64,000 nt of DNA from Callorhinchus milii (taxonomy: Eukaryota): positions 19,284,001-19,348,000 of the forward strand of contig NW_024704742.1 of assembly GCF_018977255.1 (NCBI RefSeq), read 5' to 3'. Within the stretch, counting starts at the first letter, position 1; each line of letters starts with the position of its first letter. The translations under genes were made by a program, and so were the position numbers. Of this stretch, positions 11,447 through 24,332 are shown piece after piece. The notes beneath the pieces were generated by a model. The model was not told the DNA's origin, ran no database searches, and was given only the letters and a program-made list of their open reading frames with translations.

Positions 11447-12789
11447 CTACAATACAATTACATTGCATTTTATTGTGTTAATTTATTCTGTAATCTGATA
11501 CATAGAAATCAATCATCATACTTCAGAGTCTCCAAACCAATGCACTACAAGTTCCATATACGTGTGGTTTTCATTTTATCTGAAACAGAGTCTGTACTCT
11601 CTCCTCAGAGTGACATATACTCCTTAACTAACCCTGTAGAGTTTAGTCTCAGGTCTGGGAGTGCCAAGCTTGAGGACCTGATGGCTGGATGGTCTTTGAC
11701 AGTGCCTTAGAGTAATGTGGATCTGTCTGGCTCAGGAAGAATTTCCAGGCTACAATCCTGATTTGATCCATAAAGTTTTGTAAAGTAATAACGCACCTAA
11801 AAGTATATACGATATTTCATAACATATTCACTGTGATAATTATACATGTAATCTGTCTCAAAAGAGCAGAATTTCAATAAATTCCAGATGTAAATCCCCC
11901 CCTTAATCCCTCCCCTCATATCAAAGACTGGTTTTAAAGCCCATATTCAAATTTTGGATTGCCATCTTGGTTGCCTGCTTAGTCGACCTGTATCTTTTTC
12001 CAACCATTACTTTCACAGAATTGAGTAAGCTTGTATTCAGTGGAACAGCATTGAAATACAACTCTACCCCATGCTACTGAAGTCGGGGGAAAGGGAGAGG
12101 GATTATTATACTGAATCTATTATGAAACAATACATTTCCACACCTCAATATCTAGGTTGAGAAGAGAGTGAAAACACCTCAAATTTGATTTTCAAAGATA
12201 CCCCCAAGCTAATGGATCATAATACTGTTGCATGTATTTCAGAAAGCCCATTCTCCCTTCCAATAATAAAGACACTAACTTTTGCTCGGCCAAAAAGACA
12301 AGCGAGGAGCAGAGTTTCGAAAATTCGTGTCACTTCAGAAAAAAATAATTTTTGCCAGCTGAAAGCTTCGTCAAAGAATTTAAATACATGCCTCTCCCGA
12401 GAGCAACGCAGCCTGTCACCATAGCAATGGAATACATTGTGGGACAGCATACAAAAGAAAGCTCGGCAGCTAACCATCAGCGGGACAAGTGGCACACCAA
12501 TGAAAACATTAAAAATCCTATGTTGTATTTTAGATACTTCATTTGAAACTTCACACAATTAAACGTCATAAAGGATCATTGCATATTGGGAATTGAAGCA
12601 GTTCACTTTGTTAGGACACATCTGAAGCCATCTCTTCCCCAGATAGTAGGAACCTGAGAGGAGTAGAGGAACAAAGGGATCGGAGTTCAGATCCACAGAA
12701 TCTCTGAAAAAGAAGCAGCACAGGTGTACATTGCCATAAAGAATGCCGGTCACGTCCTTGGCGTTATGTGCAGTGAAATAGAACATAAA

Positions 12790-13030
12790 AGTAGGGAGAT
12801 AATGTTAAATTGACATAAAACTTTGGTTGGTCCAGATTTGTGTACTGCGTACAATTCAGGTCATCATGTTAGAGGAAGGATATTGTAATATTGGAGAGAA
12901 TACAGCATAGATTTACAAGGGTGCTACCAGGGATGAGTGGAAACAGCTACTCATTGAGGCGAGTGTGAGGGGAGCTAACAGAGGTGTTTAAGATTATGAA
13001 AGGATTCAATAGTGGAGATTTCAAGTTACT
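12790..13030 (+). mobile_element. Degraded CR1 ORF2 C-terminal fragment
   Basis: Remnants resembling KTLV, YCVQF, LERIQHRFTRVLPGM and EVFKIMKGF. Confidence 0.7.
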
Positions 13031-13324
13031 GGTGAGTCCAAAACAAGCGGACATAAATATAATATGGGGTCAAGACATCTTCTATCGTAAAATAAACTTG
13101 AAAAGAACTTCTCCAGTCTCACATATCATACAAGGAGAATACAGAATAAATGTTAGTTATAGGGAATTTTTAAAAAAGTTTTTACAGAATACTACAAAAC
13201 ACAGAATTCCAACATGTTAGTTAATCTTGTGCAGCGCTTTGACATATTTTGATGATGGGATAAAGCATGGTATAAATGCAAGGATTATAATTATGTATAT
13301 ATATATTCATTTATATGTATTTAG

Positions 13325-13887
13325 GGGAACTCCCTCCTCATCGGCCTTCCCAACTCTTCCCTTCACAAGCTGCAGATCATCTAAAACTCTGCAGCTTATG
13401 TACTCTCACGCACCAGGCTCCATGACCCCATCACTCTCACCCTCGCCCGACTCCACTGGATCGAGTTCAATTTCTTCGTCCTCACCTTTAAGGCCATCCA
13501 TGGCCTTGCTCCCTCGTACCTCTCTGACCTGCTGACTCCCCACCAACCTGCCTGCTCCCTCCGTTCATCGGGCTCCGGTCTGCTCCATGTCTCCCGCCCG
13601 ACTCGCCCTACCATTGGTGGCCGGGCTTTCAGCCTTTCTGCCCCCACAATCTGGAACTCCATCCTACGGTCCCTTCGCCTCGGTTCCTCCCTTGCCTCCT
13701 TCAAGGCTGGTCTCAAGACCCTTCTCTTCAACGGTGCCTTTGGTCTCCCTCCCACCTCGCTGCCTTCCCTCACCCTACACCACCCCACCCCCATGCTCGG
13801 GCTCTGACACCTGACTGTTCAACGCTTTGGGACATCCTCCCCATATGAAAGGTGCTCTATAAATGTAATGTTGTTGTTGTTGTTGTT
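13325..13887 (+). mobile_element. 5'-truncated L2 LINE with (TTG)n tail
   Basis: Encodes L2 C-terminal remnants (LHKLQII, GRAFSLSAPTIWNS); ends GAAAGGTGCTCTATAAATGTAATG(TTG)n. Confidence 0.9.
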
Positions 13888-16524
13888 TATAGGAAAGGCA
13901 GAAGAAAAGACACATTTAAAAGTTTTCAAGTAAACTCTGGAGGTTTTGGAGGGAGGGAAGAAGTGACTTGTGTAATAGTATAGTGTAACAAAAGAGGACA
14001 ATATGAAGGTGACCTCATTAAAAGATCACAGCATCTCTTCACTAACTAAACAACATTAATGAAAATCTCAATGGTAAGATGGACTAGACTGTCAGAATAC
14101 TTGAAGCTGTCATCAGGTCTTCAGTGACGCAGATACCAAACGTGTGAGCCTGATCTGATTCAATGCATCAATAGTGGAGAACAAAAATAGAATTTACCCT
14201 TCAGGAACTCACGTGAAGGACATCTTCCGTAGACTAATGGAAGTAGAATGTCATTAACTAATGCATTGTTTTTGTTGCTAAGAAATAATAAGATTTAATT
14301 TAAGGTTCATTAACAGGTTTCCAAACATATTTATTTAATGAGAAATATGCAATTATCAAATTTTAATAATAACAACTTGAATTCCAAGAGCATTTATGGA
14401 TAGCTTTCACTTTCACCCAGGAGACTACACATTGGGGAGGATACTGCAGAGAAGAATTTGCTGATAGTAGATCATGTGGGAATTAGCAAAATAAGGAACT
14501 TTTCTTTTGAAGAAAAGAAAACTGAGGACGACATGATCAAGAATGTTGAAATGTGGAGCATTTGATATAGAAATAAAGTGAGTACACTAATTTACTCAAA
14601 CAATGTGTAGAGGACATAGGACCTAAAATGAATAAGCCTCAAGCAAGACTAGAGATTTGAATAATTTGCAGCAGATGCAGTGGATGGCTTCAAACAAAAA
14701 CAACTGATATTGTGTTGATTAACTCTTTAATGGAACTGGATACATATCTCATTGAAAAGAATATTGGAGGAAAGGTTATGGGAAAAGGTCAGACTGAGAT
14801 AAACAAATATTCCAACTGACTTCTGTTGTGGTGGTGCTGTGGGAAGTGGTATCAGTCTGTTGAGGGAAGCAAGGAAACTGCAAAGTCTTCATTTGTTTAA
14901 CAATGAGAGAAAATAGATGCTTCAACAACAACAGCAGCAATTTGTGTTTATATAGCACCTTTCATGAGGATAATGTCTCCGATTGCTTCCTGTAGTTCCA
15001 TCAAAACCCTCAATATCGGCAGTGAGGCAGTTAGGAAGAATCTCTTTACATTGAAGGTGGTGAGAATCTGAAATTCACTGATGGAAACTACAGTTGAAGT
15101 AAAAAGCATCAATGTATTTAAGAGAAAATCTGCTGCATACATGAAGGAGAAGGGAATAGAAGGGTGTCGGGGAAGGGAATAGGAGGGGAGTATGGAGTAC
15201 AAACACCAACACAGACTCATTGGGTCAAATGGTCGAAAGCTCTATGAAGCAGTTATGGTGAAAGCTGTTGTACATAGATATTGGAACAGGAAATAATAAG
15301 CAGATGCACAACCGCGGGATGTCCATTACCAGAAGTGCAGATGGAAAAGAATCTGGATGTAATTATTGATCAACAAAGTGAATCTGGTGGCCCGTGGGTG
15401 AACAGAGTCTGAAATGTGGGTGGCTTTAATGAGGGCAGCAATTGTTTGCTCTGCCCACTCCCTAAAATAAATTGCTCTATGCTGCCATAGTAAATCAGTT
15501 CAAAGGAGTTGCCATTGCCACTCTGCTATTGGAATGGCATCTTCCGAAACAAATTCCTGTGTTTATAATTGAATCCCAGATCATTCATATTCAGAATTTA
15601 TCACTCAAACCAAAATTTATTTTTACATAACAGTTTTTCCAATGATTTATTTAACTAGTGTCTCCATTTTGCTTATGCCAGTATAAATACAGCAGCTCCT
15701 TTGTCTTTTGGAATGAGATGCGTACCACATATTTAATGTGCCGAGTTAACCCTTTAAATGTCATTTTCACATAGTTACACACCCATGCATTGCATTGAGT
15801 CCACAATGTACTCTTACTGTTGGGTAATAAATCAAACTGTACTAAACTGTAAGCAAAGGGCATAGATCCACAGAAATTTATAGCATGGAAAACCTCATAT
15901 AGGGTGGAGGGGTTGTACTGAAAGTAGGCAAGTGCACCTCCAGGAAGATGCAGCCTTGTGTCCAGGAGTCTCTGTAAATGCTTTCGAATATTCACCTTTT
16001 TGAAGGATCTCAGCAACAATTTTAGAAAGCAAAATGTATCAATGTGGCAGATCTGGCTGGTGACATAATGCATTGGCACTTCAGGATTGGCTTGTGGGTT
16101 TGAGGCATATTGGAGATAGGGATTAGCAGTGCTTTTCTCACGAGATAAGCAACTATTCGAGTTATTGAGATCAATCGCTGGGAAATAATGTTGCGAGCAA
16201 CAGGAATGTTCTTGAAGAAGTAGTTGAAGCCATCATTGGTGAAGAGACAAATCAACTTTATTAAACCAAACAAAATGAACTCAAAACAACCAGAGATGGA
16301 CAGTGCTTAAAGTAAGGGATTGAGATTGTAGGTTTGGGAGTAAGGCTTGCCTGGGAGTCATTGCAAGTTGGAATTTGGTTTAATTCTGTTTAGTGAGGGA
16401 TGAATGGGTAAAATCCTGTTCACCGCAAAATAAAGGGTTGCATTCAATGAACAACCCATCACCATCACGGAATCTCTGCTGCTCTTTCCACATTACATAC
16501 CACAAAACTATCCCAAGATATGTG

Positions 16525-17025
16525 TTAGCCTGGCACAGTGCCAGCACACTCGCCTCTGAGTTGTGGGTTCAAGCCCCAATTCAGGACTTGAAATCTTATA
16601 GTCCAGGCTGACATTCCAATGCAGTGCTGGCGGTGTGTTGCATTGTCAGAGTTGCTGTCCTTCGGATGAAACATTAAACTGATCCCATCTGCCAGTTGAG
16701 GTGGATGGTAAAGATCCCATTTGAAAAGGGAAGGGAGTTTCTCTCAGTGTCCTGCCAACAATCCCCCAAATAAAATTGGCTGTTTGTGGGACAATGCTGA
16801 AGATAGGGATTAGCAATGCCTTTCTCATGAGACAAGTAGCTATTCAAGTCGTTGAGATCAATCGCTGGGAAATAATGTAGTGAGGAACAGAGATTGGCTG
16901 CCATGTTTCACCCACAAAATAAACAGTCAATCCATTTTACAATATATCCTGGGAAGCACTTTGAGATGCCTCAACGATGTGATAAGGCGTTATATCAAAT
17001 GTAAGGATTATAATTATTATTTTTA
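16525..17025 (+). mobile_element. Near full-length Deu-domain SINE carrying a ~95-bp insertion
   Basis: tRNA-like head (GTGGGTTCAAGCCC), Deu core and (TTA) tail; interrupted at about 16799-16892. Confidence 0.85.
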
Positions 17026-17441
17026 TTAATTTTCCATCACCCTAACTAAGATCAAAGCAGTCAAACTAATCCTTAAAAATGTCTACTTCAACTATTTTTG
17101 AAGTAACATTCACCGGGTTTTGCTGTGCCATATTGCAATAACATATGTCAGCTGTTCACTTTCCCTCAAGCACACTGTGCGATCTCATAAACAGCACCAA
17201 AGCAAGACACAGTGTGGTCTATCATGGACCAATCGCTAAAAATAGAGAATATTTTGACTGAAAAGGACAGAAAGAGTAGAAAGAGAAAATAAGAGTGAAA
17301 AGGTGAGAAATGGAGAGAGCCCATGCAAAAAAAAATTACATTTTTAATTGAAATATTGATTTTAATATCTATCTTATCAAGAAGCTTAATAGTGTAACAT
17401 AAGGCTGTAGATTTGGGGGAGGCAAAAAACAATATGTTGAC

Positions 17442-17875
17442 CGCTCTCTCCTCATCCACCGCCTCTCCTCTCAACTCAACCTTCACGACTCTGTCCTTCA
17501 CTGGTTCAGATCATACCTCTCACACTGCTTCCACTGCATCTCCACAAATGGTTTCTCCTCTAGCCCCACACATTCTAATGCGGTGTTCCTCAGGGCTCTG
17601 TCCTTGGTCCCCTCCTCTTCAATATCTATATGCTCCCTGTTGGTGACATCATCCATAGACATGGGGTCAACTTCCACATGTATGCGAATGGCACCCAACT
17701 GTACCTCTCTGCCTCCACCCTTGATTCTAGGACAACTACTGTCCTGACAGAATGTTTGTCAGACATCAAGTCCTGGAAAAGAGCTAATTTTCTTCAGTTG
17801 AGCGTCAACAAGACCGAGGCACTCTTGATTGGCTTCCGTCAGCACCTCCTCACCTCAGGCGCTGACAGCATCACA
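17442..17875 (+). mobile_element. L2 reverse-transcriptase fragment
   Basis: [16 protein letters not shown] and [11 protein letters not shown] (degenerate YADD) motifs, plus LQLSVNKTE. Confidence 0.9.
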
Positions 17876-18365
17876 GCAAGTTCCACAAACAGCCATGTAG
17901 TGAATGATGATGTGCAGGAACTAACTAACAATGACTGAAAGTTGGTGAAACCTCCAGGTGATAACACCAAAGGGTACTATTGGCCAGTATATTATCAAGA
18001 CATTCTTAGAAACGTGTTATTCTACCAAGTAACTCAAAGTAGCACATCAAAGGTTTAGCTTCATGGTGCTGCAGATAACCATGTTTTACATATTTTATAA
18101 TTCTATTCTCCATACAATTGTATGATTAGGTCGGGCAGCTAACAAAGACATTGGCAACTTGTGAGAATTTTTCCAAACCAGCCTGAAAGGCCCATTATTA
18201 ACTTCAGGCTTCAGTGAAGCAGTTGTGCAATAATAATCAGAAAGCTTTTTTTTCTGAGTTGGGTACAGATCCTGAGAGTTGAAGTTTCACCTGCACCAGG
18301 AATTTTGAACGTGACACATTCTTTCCTGGTATTTTACTTTTTATGTTGTGCCCAAAATTTAATTA

Positions 18366-18718
18366 CACTAAAACCCCAGCTGGTCAGACCAATTGTGGAT
18401 CCATCGTGTCCCGCGAGCCAGAATCTCCAGCTCAGTGTAATTACAATGCTAATAGCGGCATTTATCGGCTTTTATCCTGAGAGCAGAAGATAGTGAGTAA
18501 GCCATTGTCTGCTCACGGGCTTCAATCTAAGTAAAGTCGATATTCCCTGGCCACTGAAGGCCCGCAAGCACAGTGAGGTGGGGGCGTGTGCTAAGAGGAT
18601 GGGTCGGCCGGAGTCTAACCGTGGGCCTGCAGAAATTTTTAAATGTTTCTGTTTGGGACCCGGTTTGGCTAGATACGAATTTCAGATAACCAGAGTCTGG
18701 TTAGCCAAGGGTTTACTG
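18366..18718. mobile_element. Old Tc1/mariner (Tigger/pogo-like) non-autonomous element
   Basis: TA|CACTAAAACCCC...GGGTTTACTG|TA; about 16 of 24 terminal inverted repeat positions match; TA flanks on both sides. Confidence 0.5.
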
Positions 18719-19464
18719 TACAGTCACATTACAGAAACTAATTTTTGCAATTTAAATTCAAAAGTTTGCTGAATCAAAGTGTTATTTAGCTATCCATCAC
18801 TGTCGCAGCATTTATAGATATAAGGAAGTATTTTGCCCTCAGTCTTCAGTTGACTGTCAGCATTGTTCAGAAAACTAATCCCGAAAGTGCTGAGTATGTG
18901 AAGGCTAAGACTGTCGACTACACATAAAACCCTCATACCCCATCAAGCTATTTGAACTCTTTTGGCAGATTTATTCTGAGTTTCTTGTTCACGATTCTTT
19001 TAGTTCACAGTATTTGTGCTTTGCATTATTTTACATGATCATAGTTAACGACAATAGTTATACCTAGAAATAGTTACTTATGAGACTGAGAATACTTTTG
19101 ATGTTTTGGTGAATATTTATGGATTGAATAATCTAAATGTAAAACGCCTGCCTTTCCCTCGGTCCTCAATAATTGTTAACTTCAATCTATTGCACCCTGC
19201 AGATATTGCCATAACTGAAGGAGATTTTAATATCCCTCCCTCCATTTAATAATCACTGGTATAATCCAATTATCTTTGGCTTCTGGAAGGAAGATTGGAC
19301 TGTCATTGTGTGATAGAAAACTAACCCTGAAGTAAAACAATTCTCAAGGTTACCTTGTAAAACTTCAATGAAATCTTGAACTGGGAACGTGCTTATTTCC
19401 TAATATAATCCCTTCTCCTTTTGAATAGTGCCATGGGAAAAGATCTAGATAGAATTTTTTCTAA

Positions 19465-20125
19465 AAAAATTTTGGTCAGCATGACACATGCAGAAACCCA
19501 TCACGATGCTTTATACATGGTCAGTGATTAGAGCACTTGTCTTGCAAGCAAGACACCTGGGTTCGATTCCCGGCAGGGCGGAATATTGGGCAAATTTCCT
19601 TACTTCACACACCTCTGTTTACCTAGCAGTAAGTAGGAACCCGGTTGTTAGTCGATTGGCGGATGGCTTTTCTGGGGATAATAATTTCTTCAAAACAATA
19701 ATAAATTGGTCACTCAATCCACAACTATTTGTGGGACACTGCTGTGCACAATTGGCTGCCACATTTCGCCCACAAAATACACAGTCAATTCATTTTACAG
19801 TATGTGCTGTGAAGCATTTTGAGACATCTCAAAAGACATGATAAGACGCTATATCAAATGCAAAGATTATTATTATTATTATTATTAAGAGTATCCAAAC
19901 CAAGCTGAGATTTCCATGCATCCCACCTACACATGGAAATCCCAAAGACAGATTGTTGGAATGAAATGAGCACTCTCTCCCTGGAGGGTTGCATACTGCT
20001 TACCTAATTCTGGAAATTATTAGGCACAGGTTGGCAAGAGCCAAGGCTTGGGGACCCCAAAGTGTGCGTTGGGGTACGGCTGGAGTCTAACCAGCTAAAA
20101 TCACATAGCTTGCCATTGCTTCATA
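19465..20125 (-). mobile_element. Family X 3' UTR and tail, split by the SINE at 19514-19887
   Basis: 19888-20070 is the reverse complement of 41260-41440; 19470-19513 continues it as the tail. Confidence 0.8.
19514..19887 (+). mobile_element. tRNA-derived SINE with CORE/Meta-like centre and (TTA)n tail
   Basis: A box GGTCAGTGATTAG, B box GGTTCGATTCCC, centre CCTCTGTTTACCTAGCAGTAAGTAGG, 3' part shared with the Deu SINEs. Confidence 0.85.
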
Positions 20126-20164
20126 GCTGTTTACTGTGCACAAAGTGAATGCCGCATTTGAATA

Positions 20165-20500
20165 CAACAACAACAACTTGCATTTATACAGCGCTCCTCA
20201 CACAGGGTAGGGTCCCAGAGTGCTTCACGGTGGTGGAGCACGACACCAAGTCAGGGCGAGTGGGGAGGTGACCATAGGCCCAGTTGAAGAGGAAGGTCTT
20301 CAGGCACGATCGGAAGATGAGGAAGGAAAGAGCAAGGCGGAGTGATAGAGGAAGTTTGGCCTCCGATGGTGGAATGGAGGGCACGAGGGATATAGAACCA
20401 GTCGAGCGGAGGCAGCAGGTAGGGGTTGGAGAGTAAGGAGGTCAGAGAGGTGAGCAGGTGACAGGGCATGGAAGGATTTGAAAATAAGTGTGAAGCTCCA
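20165..20500 (-). mobile_element. L2 3' fragment
   Basis: (CAA)n tail on the plus strand and L2 C-terminal homology (CLKTFLFN). Confidence 0.85.
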
Positions 20501-20794
20501 AAATACATAGTCACTACACTTTACAGAAAATCCTGTGAAGCACTTTGTGACATCCTTCAAATGTGAAAGGCTCTTTAGCAATTGTAAAAATTATTTATTA
20601 TGATTGTTGTTATCATTGTAAGCAGTATGTACAGATCTGACATGCAGATTTAACATCCTACTTCCTCAGAACACAATCAGGTGACATTTCTTTTCAAATC
20701 TTCAGCACTTCCTTTTCACAAAGCCTGATTCTAAAGGTAAAACTCATTCATTAAAGTGTGAAATATGGTTCCTCTGATGTCTTAGTTAGAAAAG

Positions 20795-21592
20795 GCACTG
20801 TCCAGTACAGAGCTGAGGCATGCAGACTAGATAGAGACCACCAGAGGTTAAATCCCTTATCTGCTCTGAAATATTTGAAATTAGCCAAGCTGGTAGGAGT
20901 AGAACTACAATTGATTTCAGTATCTGGTCTGGGTAAAGTGGAGGCAACAACAACAACAACTACAAATTACATTTGTATAGCACCTTTCATGTCAAGAGGA
21001 CGTACCAAGGCGCTGCACAGTCCGGCATCCACACCCGAGCTGGTGATTGGGATCAGGAGAGGTGGAGGGGGGGAGAGTGAGAGTGGAAGGGTGACCGAAG
21101 GCACAGCTGAAGAGGAGGATCCTAAGATAGGTCTTGAAGGAGGCAAGGGAGGGGCGAGTTGGAGGGATTGTAGGATGGAGTTCCAGAGGTGGGAACAGAG
21201 AGACTGAAAGCCCATCTGCCAATGGTGGGGCAGGCAAGATGGGGCAATGAAGCAGGCTGGAGCCCGCTGAGCGGAGGGAGCGGACAGGTTGGTAGGGCGT
21301 CAGGAGGTCACAGAGGTAGGGAGAAGCGAGGTCGTGGAGTGCTTTGAAGGTGAGGACCAGAATCTTGAACTGTATCCTCTGAGTGATGGGGAGCCAGTGG
21401 AGCCAGGTGAGGATGAGGATGATAGAGCCTGGTGTGGTAGAGGACCTAGGTGCCTTGCACGTCACAAGTTGTCCCGTAAAGATACTCAATGTCCAGCCTC
21501 AAACATGAATAATGGCCTCTTCAGTGAGCGACCAGAAGGTAGATGTGCTAATGGAACTATACTCCGTCATAAGTTAGTGTCTTCAGGATAAT
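20795..21592 (+). mobile_element. LF-SINE-like element interrupted by an L2
   Basis: 5' part GCTGAGGCATGCAGAC...ACTACAATTG and 3' part CACATGAA-like ACATGAATAATGGCC...GGAACTATACTCC...CTTCAGGA resemble the LF-SINE consensus as I recall it. Confidence 0.6.
20946..21420 (-). mobile_element. L2 3' fragment
   Basis: ORF 20992-21489 contains LHWLPITQRIQFKILVLTFKALH; (CAA)n tail at 20946. Confidence 0.9.
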
Positions 21593-22303
21593 CATACTTT
21601 AACAAATTGAAGAAGTGATTCATCAAACTAATCTGAAATACGATTTTCTGCCATACGAGAAGTTCTCAAATATCACATTTGTTTTCAGTTTTTCAATTTT
21701 GTTTGGAAACTATCCCCATTGCAGCAAGAGGAATATCACTTAGCATTTCAGGACTAAAGTTGACTTGTAATAAGAATGAATGAAAAAGAAAATCGGACTC
21801 GGATTTTCACATTTCAAGTAAAGAAAATGCCAAGGTGTCTGGAATCATTCAGGAGCAAAATAGATGGAGAATGTAGAGAAAGAACTGCTAGCTGTTTAAA
21901 TGACAACAAATGTAATCAATATCAAAAATAAATTAGAGTCCTTTTTATTGACAAATCTGTGATTGATGATCCTAATCTTAATTCAAGAGAAATGTCTGAG
22001 AATTGTCAAAGATTGTGTCACCTTGTTTTTCTCATCAGTCTCTAATCTGTTTTTACTCTGTGATTAATGACGGTGTTTCAGAAATTCATGAATGTTTCAG
22101 TGTTAGCTGGATCAAAATTAAACATTGACAAAATTCATAGTTATAAAATCATTACCTCCAGACTCAGAAAAGTCAATCTTGCCTATTTGTGAATTACTTT
22201 TTTTGGTGCTAGATAAGAGAGTTCTTATTCTCAGCCAAAGACAAGCATGTGTTTCCAAAACCTAAAGGCCTGAAATGCTACCTAGTCTTAATCACTTGTT
22301 AAT

Positions 22304-22507
22304 AGAAATTCACGTGGGTTTAGATTTAATCTATTTAACGCAACATTTCAGAGCTTCCACAATTTGTCAATTTCTTGAATATAATCTTTAATTTTTAATT
22401 CTTTTAAGGACTACAGAAAACTGGCTTCAAAACTAAAACTGAATTCAACAGTTTATTCAATTTCTATGTCAGCAGAGTAAGAATAGACCTAGGTAGAATT
22501 TTATCCC
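22304..22507. mobile_element. AT-rich palindromic MITE (relatives at 44538-44770 and 55263-55420)
   Basis: Termini GAAATTCACGTGGGTTTAGATTTA and AGAATAGACCTAGGTAGAATTTT; internal homology to the other two copies. Confidence 0.6.
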
Positions 22508-23227
22508 ACAAATCTTAAAATGTAATAGTCTGTAACTATGAAAATGTGTTCAACAGCATCTTAATTTTGAAGCTGTCTTTCCTGCAAAACTTTAAAAAGG
22601 ACCAGCTCCAAATTATGACTAGATTGAAGAGCATTCCACAATTCTGCCATTCTTAAGTTTTAAGAAAATACAATGGTACAGGCTAAGACTTTAAGTGTCT
22701 CGATGTCTTTGATGCCCTTTCTCTTTTCTGAGCCTATGTCAATGAGTGTTTGTTGGCTTTCTAAATCACACAGGTAGTGAAGCATCCCAGCAAAGGAGTG
22801 AAGCCTGGAAATGGCAACAGGCAGTATGCAGAGTAAGATGCTGGAGATGAAATAGGAATTCTAACAATAGTAATAATAATGATCTTTGCATTTAATATAG
22901 TGTCTTGCATGTCAGGAGGATGTCTCTAAATGTTTCACTACAAGTGTAGAGACGTATTCTTTCTAAACACATACATACAGCAATGAGCCACAAATAGCCA
23001 TGAAGTGAATGACCAATATTATCTATGGAATTGTTGGCCAAGATACTGAGAGAAAGTCCTAATAGAAAGCTAGTGATGTATGTGGCTCGGATCTTTCTGG
23101 GAGAGGTTCTAGTTTTCAAATGGGCATACAGAATATTAAGCCTCATTATGTTCCCTTATTTCAGCGAACAAATCTAATCATTGCATTTTCCTAAACAAAC
23201 ATGAATTATTCCAGTATTTGCCTTAAT

Positions 23228-23445
23228 TACAACAACAACAACTTGCATTCATATTGCGCTCTTCACTCGTGGCAGTGTCCTGGAGCGCTTCACAGTGGCA
23301 GAGTCTGACAGGGGGAGAAGGAGTGGGGAGGTGACTATAATAACAATCATAAAGGAAGATCTTTAGGCGGGATTTGAAGTTGGGGAGGGGGGGAGGGAGG
23401 GAGGGAGTGATTGAGTTCCAGAATTTTGGGGCGTGGTGACGGTGC
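23228..23445 (-). mobile_element. L2 3' fragment
   Basis: (CAA)n tail, CTTGCATTCATATTGCGC and GAGTTCCAGA homology. Confidence 0.75.
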
Positions 23446-24332
23446 CTTCAACTATTCATACAAATAGATTTTAATAAAATATTTTATGAAATCCAAATAC
23501 ATTTGAATGTAAAATTTGTGTAAAATGGAAAAGAAAATACGCAAGGCTCTTAAGAGATGACAATTATTCATTTGACAGTGGGAGAAACTTTCATTTCAAA
23601 TCATGGAGTTATTTAACAGGCAGACACACCTTGGTTCAACCTCTCATCTAAAAGATAGTAATCCCTCCTCCCTCAAGATAAAGTTGATCTTTCACTTCAT
23701 GACTGTTTGTGAAACATTGCTGTGTACAAATTGGCTGCCACACATGCCTACAAATACACAGTCATTACATTTGACAGTAAAATCCTGTGAAGCACTTTGA
23801 GTTCTCTCAACAATTTAATAAATCACTATATCAAATGTAGGGATTATTATTATTATTATAACAGAGCAGAAAACAATAAAACAGATTTAGAAGACTGCAG
23901 GGTACAAAGATAAGAATAAGCCTGGAAAAGATTGCTTAGATAGGGAAGGGAAAGAATATTATGAGATGTGAGGCTACAGACAGGATGATTAAACTAAACT
24001 GCATTAAATTACTGGGAGCCAGTAGAGCCTGGTAAGGATGAGAGAAATGGGTGTGAGGAGCCTAGAGTGGGAGGGATCAAACATTATTCGTAAATCTCTC
24101 AAACTAGACTCCAACATGTGGAGTCACAGATTGCACTGTTCAGAAGAGCCAGTGTCTGAATTTTTCAGAAAGTGTGAATTTAATGTAATTTCACGGTTAG
24201 TTTCTCCCCACTCCGCTGTCTGAAATAATAGCTTTGTGATTTGTTTTAAAAATAAAATCTATCTTTAGTAAATAATGCTGTGAATCTACTTTTCTGCATT
24301 TATATGCTGAATGTATATACAGTAGAATATGG

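Noticed and set aside
15651..16300. 142-aa and 83-aa minus-strand ORFs as a host gene
   Set aside because: No convincing splice boundaries or recognisable family; possibly a very old LINE remnant, but too weak to call.
19514..19585. tRNA gene
   Set aside because: It has A and B boxes but runs into a SINE body and (TTA)n tail, and I see no proper acceptor stem.
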